Source: Octopus sinensis
Lineage: Eukaryota
Direction of reading: 5' to 3'
DNA: 64,000 nucleotides
NCBI RefSeq assembly: GCF_006345805.1
Contig: NC_043020.1
Location: 8,432,001 to 8,496,000 of the forward strand
Under the pieces are notes generated by a model, which saw nothing but the letters and a program-made list of their open reading frames with translations, was not told where the DNA came from and did no database searches. A program made the position numbers and the translations under genes. This document shows, in pieces, positions 52,885-64,000 of this stretch; position 1 is the first letter of the stretch, and each line of letters opens with the position of its first letter.

Positions 52885-53154
52885 GTGGGTCGGGTCGGCT
52901 CGGGCTCCGTTGTTTTGCAGAAGTTATATATATATATATTATATATATTATATATATAATAATATATATATATATATATATATATATGTTAATCTTGCTA
53001 AATATAAAAAACAGACGTGGATGATGTATGTTAAGCAAAGAGAGAAGCAGAGGAAGTTTTTAGATACGTTTGCCATAAAGAAAGGGTGGGTGAAAGAACG
53101 GAGAGAGAACGTAGAAGTGAAGAAGGGAGAGGAATATGCTGATAGAGTTGCTTA

Positions 53155-53320
53155 TGGTGGTGATGGTGGCGGTGGAGATCGTGGTGGTGATGGTGGCGGT
53201 GGTGGCGGTGGAGATCGTGGTGATGGTGGCGGTGGAGATCGTGGTGGTGGTGGTGGTGGCGGTGGAGATCGTGGTGGTGGTGATGGTGGCGGTGGAGATC
53301 GTGGTGTTGGTGGTGGTGGT
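53155..53320 (+). repeat. G-rich minisatellite, ggtggcggtggagatcgtggt x5
   Basis: Five GGAGATCGTGGT cores; one frame reads GGGDRGG repeats. Confidence 0.85.
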
Positions 53321-53524
53321 GAGACGAAAGAAAGAAAGTAAGGTAGGAAAGAAGGGAGTCGAGCGGAAAATAAGGGTTACGAAATGAGAGATAGAGAATG
53401 GCGGTAGGGTTTTGTAAGAGTATTTTTGTTTTGTTTGTTTATTACAACAAGGTTTGGAGTCGTGAGTCGGTGAAGGAATTGGGAGAAGGAGCGATGCGAA
53501 GAAGTTGTTTAATGCCAAAGATAG

Positions 53525-53742
53525 AATAAGAGAGAGAGTGTGTGTGTGTTTGTGTGTATGTCTGTCTGTGTGTGTGTGTGGTGTGTGTGTGTCTCTGTGT
53601 CTGTGTGTGTGTGTGTGTGTCTCTCTCTGTGTGTCTGTGTGTGTGTGTCTGTATGTGTGTCTGTGTGTGTCTGTGTGTGTGTGTGTGTGTGTGTGTCTGT
53701 GTGTCTGTGTGTGTGTGTGCGTGTCTGTGTGTGTGTGTTTTG
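53525..53742. repeat. (TG)n/(TGTC)n microsatellite
   Basis: Direct inspection. Confidence 0.95.
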
Positions 53743-53890
53743 GTATGTAGTAAGAATAGAGGGAAAAGGCAAAGCAGAAAGGCTTTGCAAGGGTAAGATA
53801 CCGCGTGCGCATCTATTTATACACCACACACATATAATAATATATATAATATATATATATATATATATTATATATATACACACCTATATA

Positions 53891-54303
53891 TACTCTTTAC
53901 TCTTTTACTCTTTTACTTGTTTCAGTCATTTTGACTGCGGCCATGCTGGAGCACCGCCTTTTAGTCGAGCAAATCGACCCCGGGACTTATTCTTTTTTGT
54001 AAGCCCAGTACTTATTATATCGGTCTCTTTTTGCCGAACCGCTAAGTGACGGGGACGTAAACACACCAGCATCGGTTGTCAAGCAATGCTAGGGGGACAA
54101 ATACACAAACACACATATATATATATATATACATATATACGACAGGCTTCTTTCAGTTTCCGTCTACCAAATCCACTCACAAGGCATTGGTCGGCCCGGG
54201 GCTATAGCAGAAGACACTTGCCCAAGATGCCACGCAGTGGGACTGAACCCGGAACCATGTGGCTGGTTAGCAAGCTACTTACCACACAGCCACTCCTGCG
54301 CCT
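53891..54303 (-). mobile_element. SINE S1, full length
   Basis: Reverse complement of S1. Confidence 0.92.
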
Positions 54304-54929
54304 ATATATATACACACACACACAAATACACATATATACACCAACATACATACACGTATACGTATACACTCATGATATATATATCGTTCTTCGCTATTTT
54401 CACTTGCATACAATCACACAAGCCTCCCCGCCGAGAGGAGCCCTTGCATGGTAGGTCGACCTGCTAGCTAGACATAGCAGTCACCTCTCCTTCAAATAAC
54501 ATCCTGTTGTCTTGTTTAAAAAAAAAATGAAAGGGCGCATTAGATAATGAAGTCGAGAGTCCCCACCCCGAACGAAGACCAAAAAAAAACAAACAAACAA
54601 GACGATGGTTATTGGAATGTCTTTGATTATGGACCTGCAAAATCAGTTAAGTCATGTCTAAACAAAACACACACACACACACATTCAGGGCCCATTCCCC
54701 CACTTTTGTCGACTATAGCTCCCGTTTTTGTCCCCTTTCCCACACACATTCTTGTCCATCCTCATCTCTTATAATATTGGATAACTACAGCCCCACCTTA
54801 CACAACCCACCCTATCACCCCTTTTTTCCAGCTCTATCTCTCCCTTTTTTCAATAACCCATCTTATTAATCCCTCCCCTCTCCCCACTGTTGCCTACTAT
54901 GGTCCCCTATCTTTTTAACACTTCTTATC

Positions 54930-55330
54930 CCTCTTTTATTCTTTTGTTTGTTTCAGTCACTTGACTGCGGCCATGCTGGAGCACCGCCTTTAATCGAACA
55001 AATCGACCCCCAGGACTTATTCTTTTGTAAGCCTAGTACTTATTCTATAGGTCTCTTTTGCCGAGCCGCTAAGTTACGGGGACGTAAACACACCAGCGTC
55101 GGTTGTCAAGCAGTGCTAGGGGGACAAACACACAAACATATACGCACACATATATATACATATATACGACAGGCTTCTTTCAGTTTCCGTCTACCAAATC
55201 CACTCACAAGGCTTTGGTCGGCCCGAGGTTAAAGTAGAAGACACTTGCCCAAGGTGCCACGCAGTAGGACTGAACCCGGAACCATGTAGTTTGTAAGCAA
55301 ACTACTTACCACACAGCCACTCCTGCGCCT
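54930..55330 (-). mobile_element. SINE S1, full length
   Basis: Reverse complement of S1; another copy at about 55699-55995. Confidence 0.9.
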
Positions 55331-56363
55331 CTGTACCACTCCTGCTTAAAATCGTCACCCACTTTCTCTTCTACTTCTCTTTCGGTTATAAGGGTCACTT
55401 CAGGTCCTTAGCTTGCGAGCTGTAACGATGCGATCATCATTAGTGCAGGTGGTGGTGGTGGTTGAAAGTGTGTGACTTAACACGTTTGTCCCGGATATGT
55501 AATACAATATTACACCCTTCGATTCACTGAAATTATCGTTGCAATTAGAAGAGAAGACTTCCTTTAATCTACTCATCTTAGTCAATGGTGACTTTTATGT
55601 ATTTAGTATTTCGTGTGTGTGTGTAACGGTGCTATCAAAGCCACTTGCCTGATGACGTGCCGGTACACAGATGCTGGATCGTATTTTTTTTTTACATGTT
55701 TCTATCGGTCTCTTTTGCCGAACCGCTAAGTGACGGGGACGTAAACACACCAGCATCGGTTGTCAAGCAATGCTAGGGGGACAAACACAGACACACAAAC
55801 ATACACGCACATACATATATATATACATATATACGACAAGCTTCTTTCAGTTTCCGTCTACCAAATCCACTCACAAGGCTTTGGTCAGCCCGAAGCTATA
55901 ATAGAAGACACTTGTCTGAGGTGCCATGCAGTGGGACTGAACCCAGAACCATGTGGTTGGTAAACAAGCTACTTACCACACAGCCACTCCTGCAACTATT
56001 TATTTAATATCTGGGTACTTTTTGGTTATCTCCCCCGTTTTACGAGAAATATCAGTATTTTTGGTCATCTCCCCAACTAAAAAAAATGTTTAACCCTCAA
56101 TAAAAGAAAAAAAAGAATGAAAAATTAATAAACATGAAGACTGAAAAAATTAAACATCTTATTGAATCTAATAACATTTTTTTATAACAAATCATGCCAT
56201 GCCTATTGAGGTGCCCAAACGTCAACAACGTGCTGAAGTAGTGAATCAAAAGGATCTAACCCTTTTAATGCAATCTCGTTGCCATATTAACTCGATTTTT
56301 TAGTTGGGAGATAACCCAATTTTTTAATGGGGGTGAATTGACAAAAAAGTGCCTATATCTGTA

Positions 56364-56650
56364 ATCACTTTGATCACTTTGACCGACCAGTCCGTCAGGC
56401 GTCCATTTGACACCGCTGGTCACAGCACGCTGTCCACTCCTCTCTGGATCGCGCCTTTCTCATCCACGTGATCCCAATCGTCCTCTTGAAATCGTCACTC
56501 CACCGTCGTGGAGGTCTTCCGGGTGGTCTTTTCCGCTCACGCGGGTACCACTCGTCAACTGCGTGCGTCCACCGATTATCGGTGAGCCGGCGACGTGTCC
56601 AGCCCATCTATACTTGCTGCGAGTATACTCTGCGATCTGTAATACTTAAT
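56364..56650 (-). mobile_element. 5'-truncated RTE-clade LINE 3' end (second family)
   Basis: KYRWAGHVA(fs)RLTDNRWTHAVDEWYPRERKRPPGRPPRRWSDDF...W..KARSREEW; tail (TCAAAGTGA)2. Confidence 0.88.
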
Positions 56651-56883
56651 GTAATAATAGTGCTGGATAACTCGGCAACTAACAGAAACAATTGTTGCAA
56701 TATGTGATTAAATCCTGTTCGTTCAATCTTGTTTTTATAATAACCACTGTACCAACCAGACCATCGGATGTTATTATACACCGCTGGTCAATGCGTCTCC
56801 TCGCATTGTTGTAGCTTCCGAATGATGCTACCCTGCTGTCTTTGCGGGCAGGTCAACATTACCTCTTGAACGTAACGCCATCC

Positions 56884-57116
56884 TATTTCTTTATTACCCA
56901 CAAGGGGCTAAACGTAGAGGGGACAAACAAGGACAGACATAGGTATTAAGTCGATTACATCGACCCCAGTGCGTAACTGGTACTTAATTTATCGACCCCG
57001 AAAGGATGAAAAGTAAAGTCGACCTCGGCGGAATTTGAACTCAGAATGTAACGGCAGACGAAATACCGCTAAGCATTTCGCCCGGCGTGCTAACGTTTCT
57101 GCCAGCTCGCCGCCTT
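56884..57116 (-). mobile_element. Full-length SINE S2 flanked by 144-bp direct repeats
   Basis: AAGGCGGCGAGCTGGCAG head to AAAGAAATA tail; flanks 56740-56883 and 57119-57262 differ at about 4 positions. Confidence 0.9.
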
Positions 57117-57605
57117 ATATAACCACTGTACCAACCAGACCATCGGATGTTATTATACACCGACGGTCAATGCGTCTCCTCGCATTGTTGTAGCTTCCGA
57201 ATGATGCTACCCTGCTGTTTTTGCGGGCAGGTCAACAATACCTCTTGAACGTAACGCCATCCGTCACAGGGTTATCCTTTTACGGCTGAGTGCCCTGGAG
57301 TACCGTGAAATCAAGTGTTTTTGTTCAAGAACAAAAGGCACCACCCGTGAATCGGTCGTGAGTGCAACGCCCTCACCACTCGGTCACGTGCACAAACACA
57401 CACACACACACACACACATCCAGAAATAAAACACCTGATGTAAAAAAAATTATAATTTTGATAATAAAAATTATTACTATCAATTGTCCTCATTATCATT
57501 ATCAACACCGCTGCTGCCATTAAATTATGCGCATTTGATAATCGCCAACAACAACCACCCGTCACCCGCTCTTTTTTTCACCTCACTGCGCCTCACTAAC
57601 TACAG

Positions 57606-57750
57606 CACTTCCGGAACTTCCTCTGTCATCCATTTCCGCCTGTTTAACTGACCTTTTTTTTCATACTTCAAACGAAATATCAACGATGTTTGACCTCTCT
57701 ACACCTCCCATCAAATTTTCTTTACAACAGAAAAAAGGTGGGGCGTGGGG
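57606..57750. promoter_or_regulatory. Cluster of ETS-like (CACTTCCGG, ACTTCCT, ATTTCCG) and KLF/SP-like (GGGGCGTGGG) sites
   Basis: Three GGAA cores within 35 bp at 57606-57640; GC box at 57737-57750. Confidence 0.3.
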
Positions 57751-58073
57751 AGAAAACATTGCACAAAGGTGACATCGAACACACACACACACACAGTTAT
57801 ATTCTTTTACTTGTTGCAGTCATTAGACTGCAACCATACTGGGACATATCACCTCGAACAAATCGACACCAGGACTCATTTTTAAAGCCTGTTTCTTATT
57901 CTATCGGTGTTTTTTGCCGAACTGCTACGTTACGGGGGCGCAAAGACACCAACACCTGTTGTCAAGCGGTGGTGGACCCCCCCCCCCCATATGTGTGTGT
58001 GTGTGACTGCATGTGTATCGTTGGCGATTTTCTTTCTCCGTCTTCCCTCCCTTGGACCTTTCCTTTTTTCTGT

Positions 58074-58108
58074 GTTTCTGACGAAGAGCTCCGCTCGAAA
58101 CGTTAAAC
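58074..58108 (+). ncRNA. PLE-B hammerhead-like motif with canonical core
   Basis: GTTT-CTGACGA-A-GAGC(TCC)GCTC-GAAAC-GTT-AAAC; within repeat 58003-58200, itself inside a diverged S1. Confidence 0.7.
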
Positions 58109-58197
58109 CCTCCTTCTTTCCTGAGCGTCCAATAACACTATAATTGTTCCACGTCCTCGCGTTGTTGTGTTTTCTCTTTGTTCATGTTTGGATTAAC

Positions 58198-58229
<32 letters not shown>

Positions 58230-59448
58230 CGTGTGTGTGTATAAATATAGGACGGGTTGCTTTCACTTTCCGTTTACCAAATCCACTCACAAGGCTTTGG
58301 TCGGTCCGAGGCTATAGCAGAGGACACTTGACCAAGGTGACTCGCAGTGGGACTGAACCGCGAACTGCGTGGGAGACGAAGGCCTTCCCTCAGGGAAGTC
58401 AGCCATCTATGCTTGTTTCAGACATTAGAGAGGGAACCATCTTCCGACACTCATTTATTTTTGTTTGTTTTAAAGCCTATTACTTATTCTATCGCTCTCT
58501 TTCGTTCGAAGCGCTTAGTTACGGCGGCACAAAGCAACGCCCGTCGTAAAGTGGAAAAGCATGCACACAAAAAATAAACATACACATTCATATACACGAC
58601 GGGCTTCAACACCAGAATATTCACCGGCCTTGGGTTATAGCAGACACTCGCCCTAAGTACGGCGTAGTAGAACTGAACCGGAAACCATGTGATTGCAAAA
58701 CTAACGTCTTAACTAAATAGCTATATCTGTGTTATAATTAGAAAGGATACGTGTAAATATCTATATAAATACATTCATATATATTCAATAATTTTTTTTT
58801 TTTTTTAGATACGATTAAAAATATGATTCTACACGCTAGAAATGAAAATTAAACTAATGTTGAAGTACGTATATGATAATGAAAAATCGAATCAAGCGGA
58901 GAGGGATGAATTTATTTCATCAGCCAATATTTTATCCAAAGTCATTACGATTTTGACACTTGGTGTCCAACATTGTTCGTCTGGGAAGTGACAATATTCA
59001 AACTAAACCAGAACATACAAATGCAGGGCATATATACGTATGTAAACGAAAATGCGTGAAAAACTCGTATTTCAATTTTAGTACACCTAAGATTATATTA
59101 AAAGGGCTGAGTGAGGGGGACTTGGAAGAGGTATATGTAGAATTTGTAAAAACTCTAAGGTCTATGTAGTGCGTATAACAAGTTTATATCATTCACATTC
59201 TCGTGTGTATATTGTGTGTACATAACCATATACATATATGTGTGTGTGTGTGTGTGTAGAAATGGCTGTGTACGATTTTGTATCTGTGTATATGTTTCGT
59301 TGTGTGTGCGTACGTAGCCGTCATATCTTTCGGTGTGTATGCGCGTATATAGGGTGTGGTGTGTTTGAATAAAACTGGTAGCATGTCTGTATGTGTGTAC
59401 AATCATACCGCTATGAATATGTGAACGTATATTGTGGGCTTTTTATCC

Positions 59449-59752
59449 GCGTGGCACCTTGGGCAAGTGTCTTCTACTGTAGCCTCGGGCCGACCAAAGC
59501 CTTGTGAGTGGATTTGGTAGACGGAAACTGAAAGAAGCCCGTCGTATATATATGTATATATGTGTGTCTGTGTTTGTCCCTCTAGCATTGCTTGATAACC
59601 GGTGCTGGTGTGTTTACGTCCCCGTTACTTAGCGGTTCGGCAAAAGAGACCGATAGAATAAGTACTAGGCTTACAAAGAATAAGACTAAAAAAAAGGCGG
59701 TGCTCCAGCATGGCCGCAGTCAAATGACTGAAACAAGTAAAAGAGTAAAGAG
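59449..59752 (+). mobile_element. SINE S1, 5'-truncated
   Basis: gcgtggcaccttgggcaag...aagtaaaagag. Confidence 0.88.
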
Positions 59753-59943
59753 TATGTACAAAAAGCGTGCGTTATTTATTATTATCCAATGCTTACGTCC
59801 TACGTGTATGTGTGTTTGAATAAAACCGACACACAGAGAGAATATGTCGGTTTGTTTTTAATTTTCTCTCATAAGTCTTGTATATTTAGACAAGACAGTG
59901 TTTGCTCTAACAATGATGTGCAATTGACTGCATATTGTTGGTG

Positions 59944-59977
<34 letters not shown>

Positions 59978-60554
59978 GCGCGTGTGTGTGTGTGTGTGCG
60001 CGCGCATTTTTCTTGTCACACCGTCTGAGTGTGGTGGCGTTGTTGTTGTTTTTGCTTTTGCTTGCTGTCTTTTGTCCGTCAAGTGTCGACTTTCACGCTT
60101 TGCAGCCGATAGCAAAACGGCGGTGACGGCGGCAGGGGTGAACGACGACGATGGTGGTGGTGGTGGTGGTGGAGGTGTTGGCGGAGCCGATGCGACATCT
60201 GATGACGACACACACACACACACAGTGACTGGTGGGACGATAGGTGTCCAACACAAACACCATCGCCGCCGCCGCCGGTACCACCACCGACACCGCCACC
60301 ACCACCACCACCACTGCCAACGCCATTAACACAACCACCGCCTTACACCAAGAACCGCAGCCGACAACCACGGCACCCCGACTGCTGCGACAAGGCATCC
60401 ACCACCGACATTACCACCGCCAACTGCAGCACCACCAACGCCACTGCGCGGGGGGTGGGGGCCCCCCCTTTACAAAAATAATAAAAACAAGGAAAGCCAG
60501 CTTTTCCAAGTCGGGGAGGGGGTGCGTCAGGGTTAGGGGCAGAGAGATGGCAGC

Positions 60555-60572
60555 GGGTAGGGTAGGGTAGGG
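60555..60572 (+). other. G-quadruplex-forming motif (GGGTA)3GGG
   Basis: Four G3 runs; a similar (GGGAT)3GGG motif is at 47462-47479. Confidence 0.55.
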
Positions 60573-61609
60573 TTTGGTGAAAGGCAGAAGTGAGTAAATG
60601 TTGTGTTTGACTGGGGCTGGAGTCAGCTGCCCGTGGCACGCGGAGGAGGTGGCACGGGTGGCGTAGGGGATGGTGTTTAAAGATGGAGTAAGTGGTAAGT
60701 GGTGCTGCTGGGAAGGAATTAAGACCGGGTTTTTTTTTTGGGGGGGGTTTCGGATGTTTTTTTTTTTTTTTGAAGTCTACTTCCGCCACTGCCGCTCCCT
60801 CACCACCACCACCGCCACCGCCAGACCCAGGTCTGATAGGTGGATGTCGAAAGGTGTGACTGTTGTCACTTCAGCATTTGATGATGATGGTGGTATTGGC
60901 GGTGTGGACTAGAGATGGTAAACGTCACCATAACGAAAGTGCCGCTGTTGTGGAGATGAAGATGGAGATGGTGGTGGTGGTAAAGATGACAGCCAATGGA
61001 TGCTGGAAACGGAACGAGAATGCTGCTGTCCTTTGATGATTATGACGATCGTGATGATGATGATGAGGCGGTAGAGGCTAATGGCGTTTGAAAAGTGCAT
61101 AGGTGAGAGAGGATCGAGTTTTATCGATGCAGTGGTGGTGATTTAACAATGCCATTCTTGACGAGCACCAATATCTAAGAAAATGTCTTGTGGACAGCGA
61201 GTTTATTGGTGAGAGAAGACAACGAAGCTAACAGCAATGGCGGTCGGTCGGTCGTCGTGTTTGCAGCAATGGTGGCGCTGGCAGCGGCTGCGGTAACGTC
61301 TGGAAGGCTGTCTGTCGGTGGAGGTCGTAGTAGTGATGGTCAAAATACTTGAGTGCCTCTTGGGGGTTGATGCCTGCAGCTAAGGTGTTAGAATGAGGTA
61401 GTGGTGGTGTTGGTGACGGCGGTGTTGATTGCGGTAGATGGGGCGACACTTGAATGACTGCCAGGGGAAATGTCTGCTGCTGATGTGGTCGTGTTGTTAC
61501 CGTTAATGGTGCTATTGTGGCCTGAAGTGTGTGCCCTGTGGTAATGGTGCTGGTTGCAAGAGTCTTATTTGTTCTACAAAGGTTTGTCACCAGACAATGT
61601 CTGTCTCTC

Positions 61610-61619
61610 TATCTGTCAG

Positions 61620-61700
<81 letters not shown>

Positions 61701-61715
61701 TTCTATCTATCTATC

Positions 61716-61752
<37 letters not shown>
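61610..61752. repeat. (TCTA)n/(TCTG)n microsatellite
   Basis: Direct inspection. Confidence 0.95.
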
Positions 61753-61753
<1 letters not shown>

Positions 61754-61908
61754 ACTTCTTCCACAAAGGTTCGTCACCATAGATTATACTGCATAGATTA
61801 TATCAACGATAATGAGAGATGAGAAAGGAAATAAAGAAGGAAATTGTGTGCGAGGAGGTTGGTGTGGGAACCATTATTGTAACTCATCTCATCTACTCGG
61901 CCTCATTT

Positions 61909-61947
<39 letters not shown>

Positions 61948-61974
61948 ACACATATATATATGCTTTTAAATAAA

Positions 61975-62016
<42 letters not shown>

Positions 62017-62062
62017 TTAGCTCCTATTCGCATTTTTTTCTCTCCTTGTTTTTTTCTGTGTA

Positions 62063-62100
62063 TCTTTCTGTCGAAGAGCGTAGACTCGAAACGTAAAAGA
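62063..62100 (+). ncRNA. PLE-A hammerhead-like motif, A6U variant, GUA site
   Basis: TCTTT-CTGTCGA-A-GAGC(GTAG)ACTC-GAAAC-GTA-AAAGA; within repeat at about 62030-62200. Confidence 0.6.
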
Positions 62101-62194
62101 CTTTTTCTATTTCTATTCCTGAGCGCTATACTAATACATTTGTTTGTTTGTACTCCACCTGCCTTCGTCTTTTGTTTATTTTCGTAAACTTTCC

Positions 62195-62239
<45 letters not shown>

Positions 62240-62682
62240 CTAACCAAATGACAGCTCCCTACACACACGGACACGTTTGTTTCTTTCTTGAATTAATTTG
62301 TAATCGGCTGAAAGTTAGTGTGAGTCCTAGTTTCGTTCATGACATTTGTCCAACTCATAAGTTCGATAAGGGCCCGTACACGGAACTCTCAGCACTTGAA
62401 TTACTTTTACAACATTCCATCGAAATGACTGAAACAAGTGACAGTTGTGTGTACGTATAGATACAGATACTTATCAGAAGCAACAGTGATTCAGAGTAAT
62501 AAATAATACCGAATTTTGTTTTTTTGATTTCCTGTTTTGATATATAAATAACTCTACGAAGACATGTATACCAGACTGTCCAACTCTTATGCATACCTCA
62601 CCCAAATATATCATCAACGTGTACGACTTTGGATTACTAGAATAAGCAGATGTTCTTACTATATATTTGGTACATAATCGTA

Positions 62683-63096
62683 TACTCTTTTACTCTCTTT
62701 TACTTGTTTCAGTCATTTGACTGCGGCCATGCTGGAGCACCGCCTTTAATCGAGCAACTCGACCCCCGGGACTTATTCTTTTTGTAAGCCCAGTACTTGT
62801 TCTATCGGTCTTTTTTTGCCGAACCGCTAAGTGACGGGGACGTAAACACACCAGCATCGGTTGTCAAACAATGCTAGGGGGACAAACACAGATACACAAG
62901 CATACACGCACACATATATATATACATATATACGACGGGCTTCTTTCAGTTTCCGTCTACCAATTCCACTCACAAGGCATTGGTCGGCCCGGGGCTATAG
63001 CAGAAGACACTTGCCCAAGGTGCCACGCAGTGTCACTGAACCCGGAGCCATTTGGTTGGTTAGCAAGCTACTTACCACGCAGCCACTCCTGCGCCT
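62683..63096 (-). mobile_element. SINE S1, full length
   Basis: Reverse complement of S1. Confidence 0.92.
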
Positions 63097-63325
63097 ATGT
63101 CTGTGTGTGTTGAGTAAATGGCAGCATATCTGTGTGTACAAGTTTCAATACCGCTATGTATATATGTGTGCGTATATTGTGGGCTTATCTGCGTTGTCGG
63201 ACTAATGATTATGGTTTTAAAATATTATTCACTCCAAAATTTTTATTCACCCTCAGAATTATCATGAAGTTCTTTATTGTTAGTGACCGGTCACAGCTTC
63301 TTTTGAACTTGTCAGACCCCGCATA

Positions 63326-63834
63326 CGAGGTCCGGTCGAAAAATATCAAGACGGTTTCTATGATAATGAAGTTTATAGTACGCAGAGCGAAGCCGCTCGG
63401 CACAGATTGACCTTGAATTCTATCGCGCAAGCACACTAAGTTGTAACATTCTCGTTCACTTCCGCTGTTTTATAGTAGTGCTTAGAAGTAAAGTGTGTAG
63501 ATTGTGGTCGTCTCTCCATACCACAGACGTTCCATCAGTGACCATGGCAAAGAAAATGTGTGTGTGTGAGCGGAAAGGGACATGCCTTGAAGGTTATTAC
63601 GGCCAAAAATCTTTCCAAAGATCAAATTGCACTTGAACAAGATGGTCACTATCCCGCCAAAAGAGGAGTTCCAAGAATGCTTCCATCAATGGAAACTCTG
63701 CTGGATCAAGTGTGTGACTTCAGAAAGGGATTACTTCAAAGGAGATTAAATGCCGAATTGATTGAGATGCGTTGTAGTTTTTCTCTTTTTTTATATTTAT
63801 AGCACCAGTCCTAATACTTTTTAATCGGACCTGC
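63326..63834 (+). mobile_element. Internally deleted mariner element (~510 bp)
   Basis: TIRs cgaggtccggtcgaaaaatatcaagac / gtcctaatactttttaatcggacctg; TA at left end; retains transposase C-terminus IPPKEEFQECFHQWKLCWIKCVTSERDYFKGD*. Confidence 0.85.
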
Positions 63835-64000
63835 TGTGTGTGTGTGTATGTGTGTGCGTGTGTGTGGTCAGCTGTAATTTGAGGGGGTTTCGCAATTATT
63901 TCTGCTTCAAGCTAGATGTTGCACTTTCTGAATATAGCTTGCGGTTGATCTCTCTCTCTCTCTCTCCCTCTCCGCCCTCTCCCTCTCCCCTCTCTCTCCC

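Noticed and set aside
58960-59169. 69-aa non-repetitive ORF; also 55400-55585 and 4958-5274
   Set aside because: Non-ATG starts, no recognisable domain, no convincing splice context.
60530-60538. GGGTTAGGG telomere-like unit
   Set aside because: Single unit, no array.
10238-63205. Recurrent ORFs such as DGLLSVSVYQIHSQGFGRPEA and RASFSFRLPNPLTR
   Set aside because: They are open frames of SINE S1/S2 copies, not genes.

Overview
This 64-kb window is eukaryotic, AT-rich and very repeat-dense. The SINE families and microsatellite load look like an Octopus genome, but that is recognition from memory, not a database hit. There is one 100-N gap at 51831-51930. No complete protein-coding gene is visible, and almost every ORF in the supplied track is a microsatellite or SINE artefact. 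The window reads as a large intron or intergenic region. It contains about 25 copies of a bipartite tRNA-derived SINE (called S1 here), about 12 copies of a second tRNA-derived SINE (S2), and CORE-type SINEs. It also contains RTE-type and R4/Dong-type LINE 3' remnants, two deleted mariner elements, hAT-, piggyBac- and MULE-like MITEs, and Helentron/Helitron-type non-autonomous elements. Short Penelope-type terminal fragments carry nine minimal hammerhead-ribozyme-like motifs from three families; two families have recurring core substitutions (A6U and U4C). Other notable items: a MULE-like element with a 9-bp TSD whose octamer+CCAAT terminus is amplified 4x; a dead R4-type LINE fragment duplicated in inverted orientation and fused to a Helentron-like element; a pre-miRNA-like hairpin; a SINE flanked by 144-bp direct repeats; and TE-free islands with candidate exons and RFX/ETS/CTCF-like motifs. 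Family names S1, S2 and PLE-A/B/C are my working labels. Most repeat boundaries are approximate by a few bases.
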